A DNA stretch of 64,000 nt from Mycobacteriales bacterium (GTDB taxonomy: Bacteria; Actinomycetota; Actinomycetes; JAFAQI01). Where the stretch lies: NCBI GenBank assembly GCA_035550055.1, contig DASZRO010000092.1, positions 2,637 to 66,636 of the forward strand. The letters are read 5' to 3'. Made by a program: the position numbers and the translations under genes. The first letter of the stretch is position 1. Each line of letters starts with the position of its first letter. Positions 1 to 8,441 of the stretch are shown here, in pieces. The notes beneath the pieces were generated by a model. The model made no database searches. It was given only the letters and a program-made list of their open reading frames with translations, and was not told the DNA's origin.

Positions 1-375
1 GTGGGACTCGGCCCGGACAGCGGGGCGTCCTGGACGCTGCAACGGCTGGTCGGCGCCGGGCGGGCGACTGCAATGCTCATGCTCGCCGAACCGGTCGCCG
101 CCGCGCAGGCACTCGAGATGGGCCTGGTCAGCGTGGTGGTGGCCCCCGAGGACCTGCTGACGACGGCCGGCGAGCTCGCCGCCCGCCTCGCCGCCGGTCC
201 CACGGTCGCCTATGCGGCCATCAAGGAGACTCAGGCCTTCGCGGCGTCTCACTCTCTAGTGGAGAGTTTGGCTAAAGAGGCCGAAACCCAGGCACGCTGC
301 GGCCACACCGCGGACCACCTCGCGGCGGTCGAGGCCTTCCTCGCCAAGCAGCCGGCGACCTTCACCGGTCAGTAG
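1..375 (+). CDS. enoyl-CoA hydratase/isomerase family protein, C-terminal fragment (5' end outside window)
   Basis: ORF-track translation shows a crotonase-fold C-terminal region (GLVSVVVAPEDLLTTAGELAARLA...). Runs in frame to the window start. Confidence 0.55.
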   Translation: MGLGPDSGASWTLQRLVGAGRATAMLMLAEPVAAAQALEMGLVSVVVAPEDLLTTAGELAARLAAGPTVAYAAIKETQAFAASHSLVESLAKEAETQARCGHTADHLAAVEAFLAKQPATFTGQ

Positions 376-383
376 CCGCGCCG

Positions 384-956
384 CTAGCGGGCGAGGCAAC
401 CGGCCAGGTGGTCGTTGACGATCCCGGTCGCCTGCATCAAGGCGTACGCCGTCGTCGGTCCGACGAAGCGCACGCCGTGCGCCTTGAGCGCCTTCGCCAG
501 TGCGGCCGACTCCGGCGAGGTGGCCGGGACGTCGTCGAGGGTCCTCGGGGCGCGTCGGCGGCCGGTCGGCGCGAAGCCGTGGACGAACGAGAGCAGCCCG
601 CCGGGCAAGTCTGCGACGGCGGCGGCGTTGGAGATCGTGGCCTCGATCTTCATCCGGTTGCGGACGATGCCTGGGTCGGCGAGCAAGCGCCGGACGTCTG
701 CGTCGTCGAAGGCGGCCACGGCGGGGATCGAGAAGCAGGCGAAGGCCGCCCGGAACCCAGGGCGCTTGCGCAGGATGATCAGCCAGGACAGCCCCGACTG
801 GAAGCCTTCGAGCGACATCCGTTCGAACATCGCATCGTCGCTGGCGAGCGGGCGTCCCCACTCCTCGTCGTGGTAGGCCACGTAGTCGGGGGCTGACACC
901 GCCCACGGGCAGCGGCGACGGCCGTCAGCGCCGGTGACCGGGCCGCGGGCGATCAC
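384..956 (-). CDS. tag: DNA-3-methyladenine glycosylase I
   Basis: The C-terminal 190 aa of the 384..1424 ORF match Tag family motifs (YHDEEWG, SLEGFQSGLSWLIIL, GIVRNRMKIE). A GTG start at 956 lies immediately after the upstream gene stop (959). The upstream ORF extension is a GC-rich artefact. Confidence 0.8.
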   Translation of the reverse strand: MIARGPVTGADGRRRCPWAVSAPDYVAYHDEEWGRPLASDDAMFERMSLEGFQSGLSWLIILRKRPGFRAAFACFSIPAVAAFDDADVRRLLADPGIVRNRMKIEATISNAAAVADLPGGLLSFVHGFAPTGRRRAPRTLDDVPATSPESAALAKALKAHGVRFVGPTTAYALMQATGIVNDHLAGCLAR

Positions 957-958
957 GC

Positions 959-1408
959 TCAGCCTTCGCCGTCGGCGACCTCGGCGGGCTCGCCGTCGGC
1001 CACCTCGGCGGGGTCGTCCGGCTGCGCGGGGTCGTCCGGCTGCGCGGGGTCGTCCGGCGGCGCGGGGTCGTCCGGCTGCGCGAGGTCGATTGGCTCGGCG
1101 ACCCCGCGTGGAGCGGCCGGGCCGGACGGCGCGGGGGCGGCCGCCGCAGGGATGTCCAACCCCTCCGCCTGGGCGAGCGAGGCGTGGATGCGGGCGAGCG
1201 CGGCGTCGACGTCGTCCATCCGGTAGCCGCGCAGCCCGATCCGGAACCGCAGCTTGGGGATGTCGGCCGCGCCGATCGGGCCGTCGGGCAGGCCGGCGTC
1301 GAGGCGGTCGACCGGCTCCTCGGACATCGGCTGCTCGGCTGCCGCCAGCATCACCGCGACCGCGGTCAGCACAGCGATACCGATGACCACGGCCACGATG
1401 ACGCCCAC
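959..1408 (-). CDS. DivIVA domain-containing small membrane protein with PDDPAQ repeat tail
   Basis: N-terminal TM helix, then a DivIVA-type motif (IPKLRFRIGLRGYRMDDVDAALARI). The acidic PDDPAQ x4 repeat is encoded by an 18-bp tandem DNA repeat. Confidence 0.65.
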   Translation of the reverse strand: MGVIVAVVIGIAVLTAVAVMLAAAEQPMSEEPVDRLDAGLPDGPIGAADIPKLRFRIGLRGYRMDDVDAALARIHASLAQAEGLDIPAAAAPAPSGPAAPRGVAEPIDLAQPDDPAPPDDPAQPDDPAQPDDPAEVADGEPAEVADGEG

Positions 1409-1420
1409 CCCGAGATCGTC

Positions 1421-2434
1421 TCATCCGGCCGCGACGCCGCGATGGCCGTCTGACGGTCCTAGAAAGTTCTCAGACGGCCATCGGAGCCGGGTCACCCCCG
1501 ACGGCAGCCCGCGCCCGGCGTACCTCGCGTGGCAGCGCTCCACCTGCGCCACCACCTCGCGCGGGTGTTCGCGCAGCCGCCGCGGCGGGTTGTGGAGCAC
1601 GATCAGGCCACTGGTGGTCAGCGCGTCGTGGCGTTCCTGCAGATCCTCGAACAGGTCCTCGCGGGCGTGGGCGCTACGCCCGTTGGTCTCGTGGACCACG
1701 CCGGAGTCGGCGATGAGCGCGTCCACGCAGACCACGCGCCCACATGCCAGGCGCAGCCAGACGTTGTACTCGACCTGCGGCAGCACCGCGCTCGCGTCGG
1801 CGAGGCGCCGGAAGTCCGCCTCAGGCACCGAGCGGATGCCACTCGCCAGCGCAGCGAGCGCCTGATCCCCGAACCGGCTGTTGCGAGGCGGCCCTTGCAC
1901 GTGGGCACGGCAGAGGTCGTCGACGGTGGTGACCCGCCGCTGGACGGCGTCACTGAACGCCGCGAGCACGAGCCTGCTCTGACGCATCCGCCGCGTCGCG
2001 GCGACCACGGCCGTCGCGGGCTCGACGTAGCGGATCACGCCGGTGGAGACCACGTCGAAGGGGGCCAGCGTGCGGCGCACCACCACGAACCCGCGGCTGC
2101 GGACCGGCTCGCCGTACGGCACCACGACCTGGACTCGCTCCTGGTCGACCGCGACCGCCTGCACCCCGTGGAAGCGGCAGGCATCCGCACCGTCGATCGC
2201 ACTCGCCGGCCCCGCGAAGAGCACAGCCGCGATCAGCATCTGCCGCCAGCTCGCCTCGCCGGGATGGGTCAGGTAGACCTCCGGCAGCAGCGGTCGCCAC
2301 AGCTCGCGGCGCAACCGATACCCGATGGCCGGTTGCGTGAGCCCATGCTCCAGCGCCTGGGCGCGGTGCACGACGTGGTCCTGGTAGGCGATCAGGCCGG
2401 GCAATCGGGGATCGACGTCGCAGCGCAGCGGCAC
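1421..2434 (-). CDS. AbiEi_4/DUF559-like hypothetical protein (multicopy actinobacterial family)
   Basis: The N-terminus resembles the AbiEi_4-type antitoxin-like wHTH region (HRAQALEHGLTQPAIGYRLRRELWRP...). The 337-aa length is typical of DUF559 fusion proteins. The gene is flanked by two copies of a ~47-bp hairpin. Confidence 0.5.
   Translation of the reverse strand: MPLRCDVDPRLPGLIAYQDHVVHRAQALEHGLTQPAIGYRLRRELWRPLLPEVYLTHPGEASWRQMLIAAVLFAGPASAIDGADACRFHGVQAVAVDQERVQVVVPYGEPVRSRGFVVVRRTLAPFDVVSTGVIRYVEPATAVVAATRRMRQSRLVLAAFSDAVQRRVTTVDDLCRAHVQGPPRNSRFGDQALAALASGIRSVPEADFRRLADASAVLPQVEYNVWLRLACGRVVCVDALIADSGVVHETNGRSAHAREDLFEDLQERHDALTTSGLIVLHNPPRRLREHPREVVAQVERCHARYAGRGLPSGVTRLRWPSENFLGPSDGHRGVAAG
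1436..1486. repeat. 47-bp palindromic element, copy 1 (gatggccgtctga...tcagacggccatc)
   Basis: 13-bp perfect stem with a 16-nt loop. Nearly identical to the element at 2521..2571. Confidence 0.7.
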
Positions 2435-2520
2435 CGCGCAACGGTTCGGCAGACCACGCCGGTACGACGGGCGAAGCGCGCATCATGTGGACGCTCGGCG
2501 GCTTCCCCCGCCGCGGTGCA

Positions 2521-2571
2521 TCCGCGATGGCCGCCTGACGGTCGTAGAAGGTTGTCAGGCGGCCATCGGCC
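2521..2571. repeat. 47-bp palindromic element, copy 2 (gatggccgcctgac...gtcaggcggccatc)
   Basis: 14-bp perfect stem. The t>c / a>g differences relative to copy 1 are compensatory and preserve pairing. Confidence 0.7.
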
Positions 2572-2592
2572 GGGCCGGCGCCGGGCCGATTG

Positions 2593-3015
2593 TCAGAACG
2601 CGGCTTCGTCAGCCGCGCGCAGCCGCTCCGCCAGCGTGGTGAGCAGCCGGTGCGCGATCGCGGGAACCTCGTCGATGACCTGCCAGAACTCCCGGGTCGC
2701 GAGGACCAGCGCCTTCACCGGGCTGGTCGCGGTGATCGTGGCGCTGCGCGGTCCGCCGTCGAGCAGCGACATCTCGCCGATGAACGCGCCCGGGCCGACC
2801 GTGGCGATCTCGACTCCGCTGCGGTCGATCGACGCCTCGCCGTCGACGATCATGATCAGCTCGCGGCCGACCTCGCCTTCGCGGCAGATGAGCTGCCCGA
2901 CCCCGTAGTCGACCTGCGTCGCGGCCCGGTCGATGTGACGTAGCTCGTCCTTGGTGCAACCCCGGAACAGCGGGATCCGGCTGAGCAGGTCGAGCGGCGT
3001 CTCGCGATCCCCCAT
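2593..3015 (-). CDS. cyclic nucleotide-binding (cNMP/Crp-like) domain protein
   Basis: cNMP-binding signature (FRGCTKDELRHI...GEMSLLDGGPRSATITA). Confidence 0.75.
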   Translation of the reverse strand: MGDRETPLDLLSRIPLFRGCTKDELRHIDRAATQVDYGVGQLICREGEVGRELIMIVDGEASIDRSGVEIATVGPGAFIGEMSLLDGGPRSATITATSPVKALVLATREFWQVIDEVPAIAHRLLTTLAERLRAADEAAF

Positions 3016-3085
3016 GACGATGCCTCCCTGCCGCCGGCCACCCGTGGTGAGAAGCGGGCGTGTCAGGCGTATCTACCATGCGGAC

Positions 3086-3964
3086 GTGCCGTCCGTCACC
3101 GATCGCCTGCGCTGGGGCAGCCGGGAGTTCGCCGCCACGGACCTGGCGGTCATGGCGATCGTCAACGCGACGCCGGACTCCTTCTATGACCGCGGGCGGA
3201 CGTTCGGCACCGACAAGGCACTCGAGCGAGTGGCCGAGGTCCTCGACGAAGGCGCCGACATCGTCGACATCGGCGGGATCAAGGCCGCGCCCGGCGGGAC
3301 GGTCGACGCCGCCGAGGAGCTGCAACGGGTGCTGCCGGTCGTCGAGGGCGCTCGGGCCCGCCATCCCGACGCGGTCATCAGCGTCGACACCTGGCGGGCG
3401 GAGGTCGCCGACGTCGTCTGCCGCGCCGGCGCCGACGTCATCAACGACGCCTGGGGCGGCGTCGACCCGGATCTCGCCGCGACGGCGGCGCGCCACGGCG
3501 CCGGTTTGGTGTGCACCCACGCCGGGCGCCAGACGCCCCGGACTCGGCCGCATCGGATCTGGTACGACGACGTCGTCGGCGAGACGACGAGTTACCTCGT
3601 CGAGCTTGCCGACGCTGCGGTGGCCGCCGGCGTACGCCGGGACGGCATCGTCATCGACCCGGCACACGACTTCGGCAAGAACAGCCGCCACTCCCTGCAG
3701 CTGACGCGGGCCACCGACGCGCTGCGCGCAACCGGCTGGCCGGTGCTGGTCTCGATGTCGCGCAAGGACTTCATCGGAGAGGTGCTCGACCTGCCACCCG
3801 ACGACCGGTTGGAGGGCACGCTCGCGGCGACCGCGGTCGCGGCCTGGCTCGGGGCGCAGATCTTCCGGGCGCATGACGTGACCGCGACCCGACGGGTGCT
3901 CGCCACGGTCGCCGCGATCCGCGGTGACCGCGACCTCGCGCTCGGCCGCCGAGCACTGGCGTGA
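3086..3964 (+). CDS. folP: dihydropteroate synthase
   Basis: Strong Pterin_bind/DHPS motifs (MAIVNATPDSFYDRG, DIVDIGG, VDTWRAEVA, INDAWGG, DPAHDFGK). GTG start at 3086 in the frame of the 2951..3964 ORF. Confidence 0.85.
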   Translation: MPSVTDRLRWGSREFAATDLAVMAIVNATPDSFYDRGRTFGTDKALERVAEVLDEGADIVDIGGIKAAPGGTVDAAEELQRVLPVVEGARARHPDAVISVDTWRAEVADVVCRAGADVINDAWGGVDPDLAATAARHGAGLVCTHAGRQTPRTRPHRIWYDDVVGETTSYLVELADAAVAAGVRRDGIVIDPAHDFGKNSRHSLQLTRATDALRATGWPVLVSMSRKDFIGEVLDLPPDDRLEGTLAATAVAAWLGAQIFRAHDVTATRRVLATVAAIRGDRDLALGRRALA

Positions 3965-4632
3965 GCGGGTTCGCCGCGCGCGCCGTCGGCTTCGTACCGT
4001 CGGCGCCGCTGCTGGTGCCGCAGGTCGCGGGCGGTTCGGCGGCTGCCGACGAGGAGCTGCGGGAGGCCTGCCGCAAGCTGGTCCGTTGGCTTGCTCACGA
4101 CGCCGAGGAGATCGTCGTCGTCGCGAGGACGAACGAGCGCGGGGCCTGGTCCGACGAGGCCACCTGGGGGTTCGAAGGGTTCGGCGTGACGCGCCGCCCG
4201 CCCGACGACCGGCCGCGACTGCCCTGGCAGCTCGGGATCGGTGGCTGGCTGCTCGACGAGGTCGGCTGGCAGGGAGCTCGCCGCTACTGCGGCGTCGACG
4301 GCGCGGTGCCGTCGGAGATCGGCTCACATTGCGCGGTCCTGGTCGTCGGTGACGCGTCGGCCCGCCGCAGCGAGAAGGCGCCTGGACACCTCGACGAACG
4401 CGCCGAGGCGTTCGACCACGGCGTCGCGCGCGCCCTCGAGTCGGGCGACGCCGCGGCGCTGCGCGGCCTCGACGCCACGCTGGCCGAGGAGCTGATGTGC
4501 GCGGGCGCACCCGTCTGGCGTTGGCTCGCCGAGGCGATCGATGCCCGGCCGGTGACGAGCGCCGAGCTGCTCGCGGACACCGCGCCGTACGGCGTCGGCT
4601 ACCTGGTGGCGTACTGGGCGCTAGCCGACTGA
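3961..4632 (+). CDS. hypothetical protein (conserved, follows folP; 4-bp overlap)
   Basis: ORF with protein-like composition, translationally coupled to folP. No recognised motif. Confidence 0.45.
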   Translation: MSGFAARAVGFVPSAPLLVPQVAGGSAAADEELREACRKLVRWLAHDAEEIVVVARTNERGAWSDEATWGFEGFGVTRRPPDDRPRLPWQLGIGGWLLDEVGWQGARRYCGVDGAVPSEIGSHCAVLVVGDASARRSEKAPGHLDERAEAFDHGVARALESGDAAALRGLDATLAEELMCAGAPVWRWLAEAIDARPVTSAELLADTAPYGVGYLVAYWALAD

Positions 4633-5593
4633 GTCCAGGGGCGGGCGTTCCGCCGTATCGATCTCGAACTGCTGCAACGCCACGGAACCCTCGAGTCGCT
4701 GCGGCTGCCAGAGCTCGCTCGCGGCGTGGAGGTCGGCGGGCAGCCGGGACTCGGCGCGCAGCCGGTCGACGGCGGTCAGCATCACTTCGCTGGCCATCCG
4801 GCCCAGCGACGGCAGGTCGGAGTGGCGGTGCCAGCGGCGACGCAGGTCGACCTGCGCGATCGCGTCGAGGCCGGCGCAGGCGTGGGTGTCGATGAGCAAG
4901 CCGAGGTCCACGCCGTACCCGCAGCGGAACGGCAGTCGCCGCAGCAGATCGGTGCGGGCGGCGTACTCCCCGGCGAGCGGCTGGAGCACCCCGCTGAGCT
5001 CGGGCCAGAACGCCGACAGCCAGGGTCGCGCCATCAGCTCGGTGACGCGGCCACCGCCGTTGCTCGGCACCGACGGATCCGTCGGCGGGCGGTCGTAGGC
5101 CGCTTTGACGAACGCGACCGATGGGTCGGACAGCAGCGGGCCGAGCAGCGCAACGACGAAGCGAGCGTCGAAGGCCTGCAGGTCTGCGTCGACGAAGACG
5201 ACCACGTCCGCGGTCGTCGAGGCGAGGCCGCGCCACATCGCCTCACCCTTACCGGCCCGCGGTGGGTAGTCCGGCAGTACGTCGCCGAGCGCGATGACCC
5301 GCGCCCCGCTGTCGGCGGCGACTTGCGGCGTCGCGTCGCGCGAGTCGGAGTCGACGACGATCAGCTCGTCGACGAGCGGGTCGGCGCCGTGGGTCAGCTC
5401 GTCGCGGATCGCTCCCACGATCTCGCCGACCGTTGCCTCTTCGTCACGTGCGGGCAGGACGACCGCGACCGTCGTACCGGCTTTCGCCGTCAACACCCGC
5501 GACAGCGGCCAGTCGTCGATGTCCGAGGTACGACGGGCGAACCAGTCGGTGATCCGGCCGTGCGAGCCGACAGCCGACGCTTCGGACACAGTT
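4621..5593 (-). CDS. gpgS: glucosyl-3-phosphoglycerate synthase (GT81)
   Basis: The C-terminal ~320 aa of the 4621..6333 ORF align by eye with mycobacterial GpgS (VVLPARDEEATVGEIV, GKGEAMWRGLA, GGGRVTELMARP, QPLAGEYAA, GYGVDLGLLID). GTG start near 5593. Confidence 0.75.
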
Positions 5594-5664
5594 CGACCGT
5601 ACACGAGCAACCTGTCCGCAAACGTCCGGGTGGCACCCGCGCGAAAGCGGTAGAGAATGGTGCG

Positions 5665-6357
5665 GTGAACCAGGGTCACGACCTCATCGACACCTCGGAG
5701 ATGTATCTCCGAACCGTGCTCGAGCTCGAGGAAGAGGGCGTGGTACCGCTTCGCGCCCGCATCGCCGAACGGCTCGAGCAGAGCCCGCCGACGGTGTCCC
5801 AGACCATCGCCCGGATGGAGCGCGACGGGCTGCTCACGGTGACCTCGGATCGCCGCATCGATCTGACGGACAAGGGTCGCTCGGTCGCGACCCGCGTGAT
5901 GCGCAAGCACCGGCTGGCCGAGTGCCTGCTCGTGCAGATCATCGGGCTGGACTGGCAGCTCGTTCATGAAGAGGCCTGCCGCTGGGAGCACGTGATCAGC
6001 GAGACCGTCGAACGGCGGCTGCTGGAGATCCTCGGTCACCCGACGGAGTCCCCTTACGGCAACCCGATCCCCGGCCTGGCCGAGCTCGGCGACGACGACT
6101 CCGACGAGTTCCTCGGTGGCATGGTGGCTCTGACCGAGGTGCCGAAGGAAACGACGAGTGTCGTCGTACGTCGCATCGGTGAGCCGATCCAGTCCGACAC
6201 CAAGCTGATGACGCGGCTGCGCAAGGCCGGGCTGCGCCCGAACGCGCCCGTCGCGGTCGGCCGGATCGACGGCAAGGTGCACCTCGGTGAAGGCGCTCGC
6301 GCGATCGCGCTCGACGACGCCATCGCCGCGCACGTGTTCGTCACGTCGCCGAACTGA
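5665..6357 (+). CDS. ideR: iron-dependent transcriptional repressor (DtxR/IdeR family)
   Basis: Near-identity of motif blocks to IdeR (TSEMYLRTVLELEEEGVVPLRARIAERL, MRKHRLAECLLV, EACRWEHV, SPYGNPIPG) plus an SH3-like C-terminal domain. GTG start at 5665. Confidence 0.85.
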   Translation: MNQGHDLIDTSEMYLRTVLELEEEGVVPLRARIAERLEQSPPTVSQTIARMERDGLLTVTSDRRIDLTDKGRSVATRVMRKHRLAECLLVQIIGLDWQLVHEEACRWEHVISETVERRLLEILGHPTESPYGNPIPGLAELGDDDSDEFLGGMVALTEVPKETTSVVVRRIGEPIQSDTKLMTRLRKAGLRPNAPVAVGRIDGKVHLGEGARAIALDDAIAAHVFVTSPN

Positions 6358-6413
6358 CGCGCTCGACGTCTCGCACTGGCGGCGGGGTCCCGACGCAGCT
6401 AGGTTGCTCCCCC

Positions 6414-6956
6414 ATGGTGATGACCTCGCGTCGACGTCGTAGCGGCTCAGCAGCCGTCGTCTCTCTGGCCGCTGTGCTGGCCGGGCCGCTCGCGGCCACG
6501 TCGGCGCACGCCGTGCCGGCCAGCAGCCAGAAGAAGCTGGCCGCTTGCCCGATGTCGTCGCCGGCGGCGGTCACCGCGGCGCTCGGCGGGACGTTCGTCA
6601 AGGGCGAGTACTACCAGACGACCGGCAACCCCGGCGGCGCAGTCGGAACGTCATGCATCTTCGTGTTGAACAACATCACCGGTAAGTCCGGCCAGACGAT
6701 CGCTGACATCTCCAAGTCGACGAAGTCGGGCACTGTCGCCCGCCAGGCGATCGCGCGCGACAGCAAGGAGTCGAACTTCCAACGGGTCAGCGGCGTCGGC
6801 GACGAGGCGGTTGTCGCCAGCTCGTCGATGACGATCGCTCAGGGCTCCAATGAGTTCATCCTCAACGTGAACCCGTCCAGCAGCATCTCCTACGAGAAGA
6901 CGGAGTGCCTCAAGCTCGCCAAAGCGGTGCACGGACCGGCGATCAAGGGCGCGTAG
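6414..6956 (+). CDS. secreted hypothetical protein (signal peptide)
   Basis: N-terminal signal peptide (AAVVSLAAVLAGPLAATSAHA), then a Ser/Thr-rich mature region. Confidence 0.5.
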   Translation: MVMTSRRRRSGSAAVVSLAAVLAGPLAATSAHAVPASSQKKLAACPMSSPAAVTAALGGTFVKGEYYQTTGNPGGAVGTSCIFVLNNITGKSGQTIADISKSTKSGTVARQAIARDSKESNFQRVSGVGDEAVVASSSMTIAQGSNEFILNVNPSSSISYEKTECLKLAKAVHGPAIKGA

Positions 6957-6987
6957 CGTCACGCGTCGTCACGCGAGACGTCCGCGG

Positions 6988-7788
6988 CTACGACGACCAG
7001 ACCGCGGCGTCGGCGTTGTCGAGCACCGCAGCGATTGCCGCGAGACCTTCGCGCAGCCGCGTACCGATGTCCTCGGCTCCCTCGACGACGAGCAGCCATC
7101 CGCGGTCGAGTGCGATCTGGTAACCGCTGGCGGCCGTGAAGCTGTTCTGGCGCTGGCTGACGTGAGTGGCGAGCAGCGCCTGCCGCACCCGGTCGTCGAA
7201 CAGCCGGCGCGCGAAGTCGGCGTCTTCAGCGGTGACCGAGAAACGGCTGTCGAACTGCGCGTCGCCGGTCTTCACTGACAGGAAGCGGTCGGCGACGAAC
7301 GCGGTCGTCGCGACGTTCACCAGCGCGCTCACCCCGCTGTAGCCGGTCACCGACACGGTCGGCGTGGTAGCGGCCGGGGAACGGACGGCCACGACCGACG
7401 TACGCAGCACCTCGGTGCCGGCGCCGGCGCTGGTGCGGTCGCGGCTGTGGCCGGTCCGCACGGTCCGCACGAACTCGAACGTGACGAAGTCGCGGCCGTC
7501 GCTGCGCCCGCTGACGACGTTGCGATGCGCGATCGTGCCGTCGAGGATCTGGACGTCACTGAACGGCCAGACCGACCAGCCCGGATCCACGCTCGCGTCG
7601 GTCGCTGCGAACCGGTAGCCGTTGTCCCGGGCGTACCGCTCCACCGCGTCGTTCTTGCGGGTACGACGGGCCCGGCGCCGCGAGTTGTCGAGCCGGTTGA
7701 GAACGAACAGAACGGCGAAGATCACGACCGCGACCCCGACGATCTTCGGCAGCGGCGTGCTGCCTAGTGACGATGCCCCCAGTCGCAC
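6988..7788 (-). CDS. membrane-anchored hypothetical protein
   Basis: Single N-terminal TM helix (IVGVAVVIFAVLFVL). No recognised catalytic motif. Confidence 0.4.
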   Translation of the reverse strand: MRLGASSLGSTPLPKIVGVAVVIFAVLFVLNRLDNSRRRARRTRKNDAVERYARDNGYRFAATDASVDPGWSVWPFSDVQILDGTIAHRNVVSGRSDGRDFVTFEFVRTVRTGHSRDRTSAGAGTEVLRTSVVAVRSPAATTPTVSVTGYSGVSALVNVATTAFVADRFLSVKTGDAQFDSRFSVTAEDADFARRLFDDRVRQALLATHVSQRQNSFTAASGYQIALDRGWLLVVEGAEDIGTRLREGLAAIAAVLDNADAAVWSS

Positions 7789-7850
7789 GGCCGAAGTGTA
7801 GGGGCAGAAACCGTTCGCGCCGTACCGCCAAGGAATGCCACGCTTCGGCC

Positions 7851-8441
7851 ATGTCGCTGCGGATCGGGATCGTGCTGTTCGACGGAGTGGAGGAGCTCGA
7901 CGCGGTCGGCCCGTGGGAGGTCTTCGCGGCGTGGTCGCACTACTTCCCCGCCGACGAGGTCGCGGTGAGCTGTCTCGCGCCGAACGGTGGGACCGTGGCG
8001 GCCGCGAAGGGAATGACGCTGACCGCGCATCACTCGTTCGCCGATGCCCCGGCGTACGACGTGCTGCTCTACCCCGGCGGGCAAGGGACCCGGCCGATGA
8101 TGAAGGACGAGCCGCACCTGGCGTGGGTGCAGGAGCAGCGCCGTGCCGTGCCCCTGATGACGAGCGTCTGCACCGGGGCGTTGGTCTACGCCGCCGCCGG
8201 GCTGCTGCGCAACCGTCCGGCGACGACCCACTGGGGATCGCTGGACCTGTTGCACGAGACCGACCCGACGATCACCGTCAGACCCGACGACCGTTACGTC
8301 GACGACGGCGACGTGGTCACGTCGTCCGGGGTCTCGGCGGGGATCGACATGGCGCTGCATCTGGTCCGCCGCTTCGCCGGCGAGGAGCGGGCCCGCGAGG
8401 TCCGCCGCGTCATCCAGTACGACCCGGCGCCGCCGGTCTAG
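7851..8441 (+). CDS. DJ-1/PfpI (ThiJ) family protein
   Basis: DJ-1/PfpI motifs (IGIVLFDGVEELDAVGPWEVF...SVCTGALVYAAAGLL...TSSGVSAGIDMALHLV). ATG at 7851 inside the longer 7767 ORF. Confidence 0.75.
   Translation: MSLRIGIVLFDGVEELDAVGPWEVFAAWSHYFPADEVAVSCLAPNGGTVAAAKGMTLTAHHSFADAPAYDVLLYPGGQGTRPMMKDEPHLAWVQEQRRAVPLMTSVCTGALVYAAAGLLRNRPATTHWGSLDLLHETDPTITVRPDDRYVDDGDVVTSSGVSAGIDMALHLVRRFAGEERAREVRRVIQYDPAPPV

Noticed and set aside
1421-2434. Calling the DUF559/AbiEi-like gene a toxin-antitoxin component
   Set aside because: No partner AbiEii nucleotidyltransferase gene is adjacent. The family resemblance alone does not establish TA function.
2609-5236. 875-aa minus-strand ORF spanning folP and neighbours
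   Set aside because: Arg/Pro/Ala-rich translation typical of an antisense or out-of-frame high-GC artefact. It overlaps well-supported folP, gpgS and the cNMP-binding genes.
6380-6400. Possible IdeR iron box near ideR (ctaggttgctcc)
   Set aside because: Only a partial TAGGTT half-site. It has no convincing 19-bp dyad, so I did not call an iron box.
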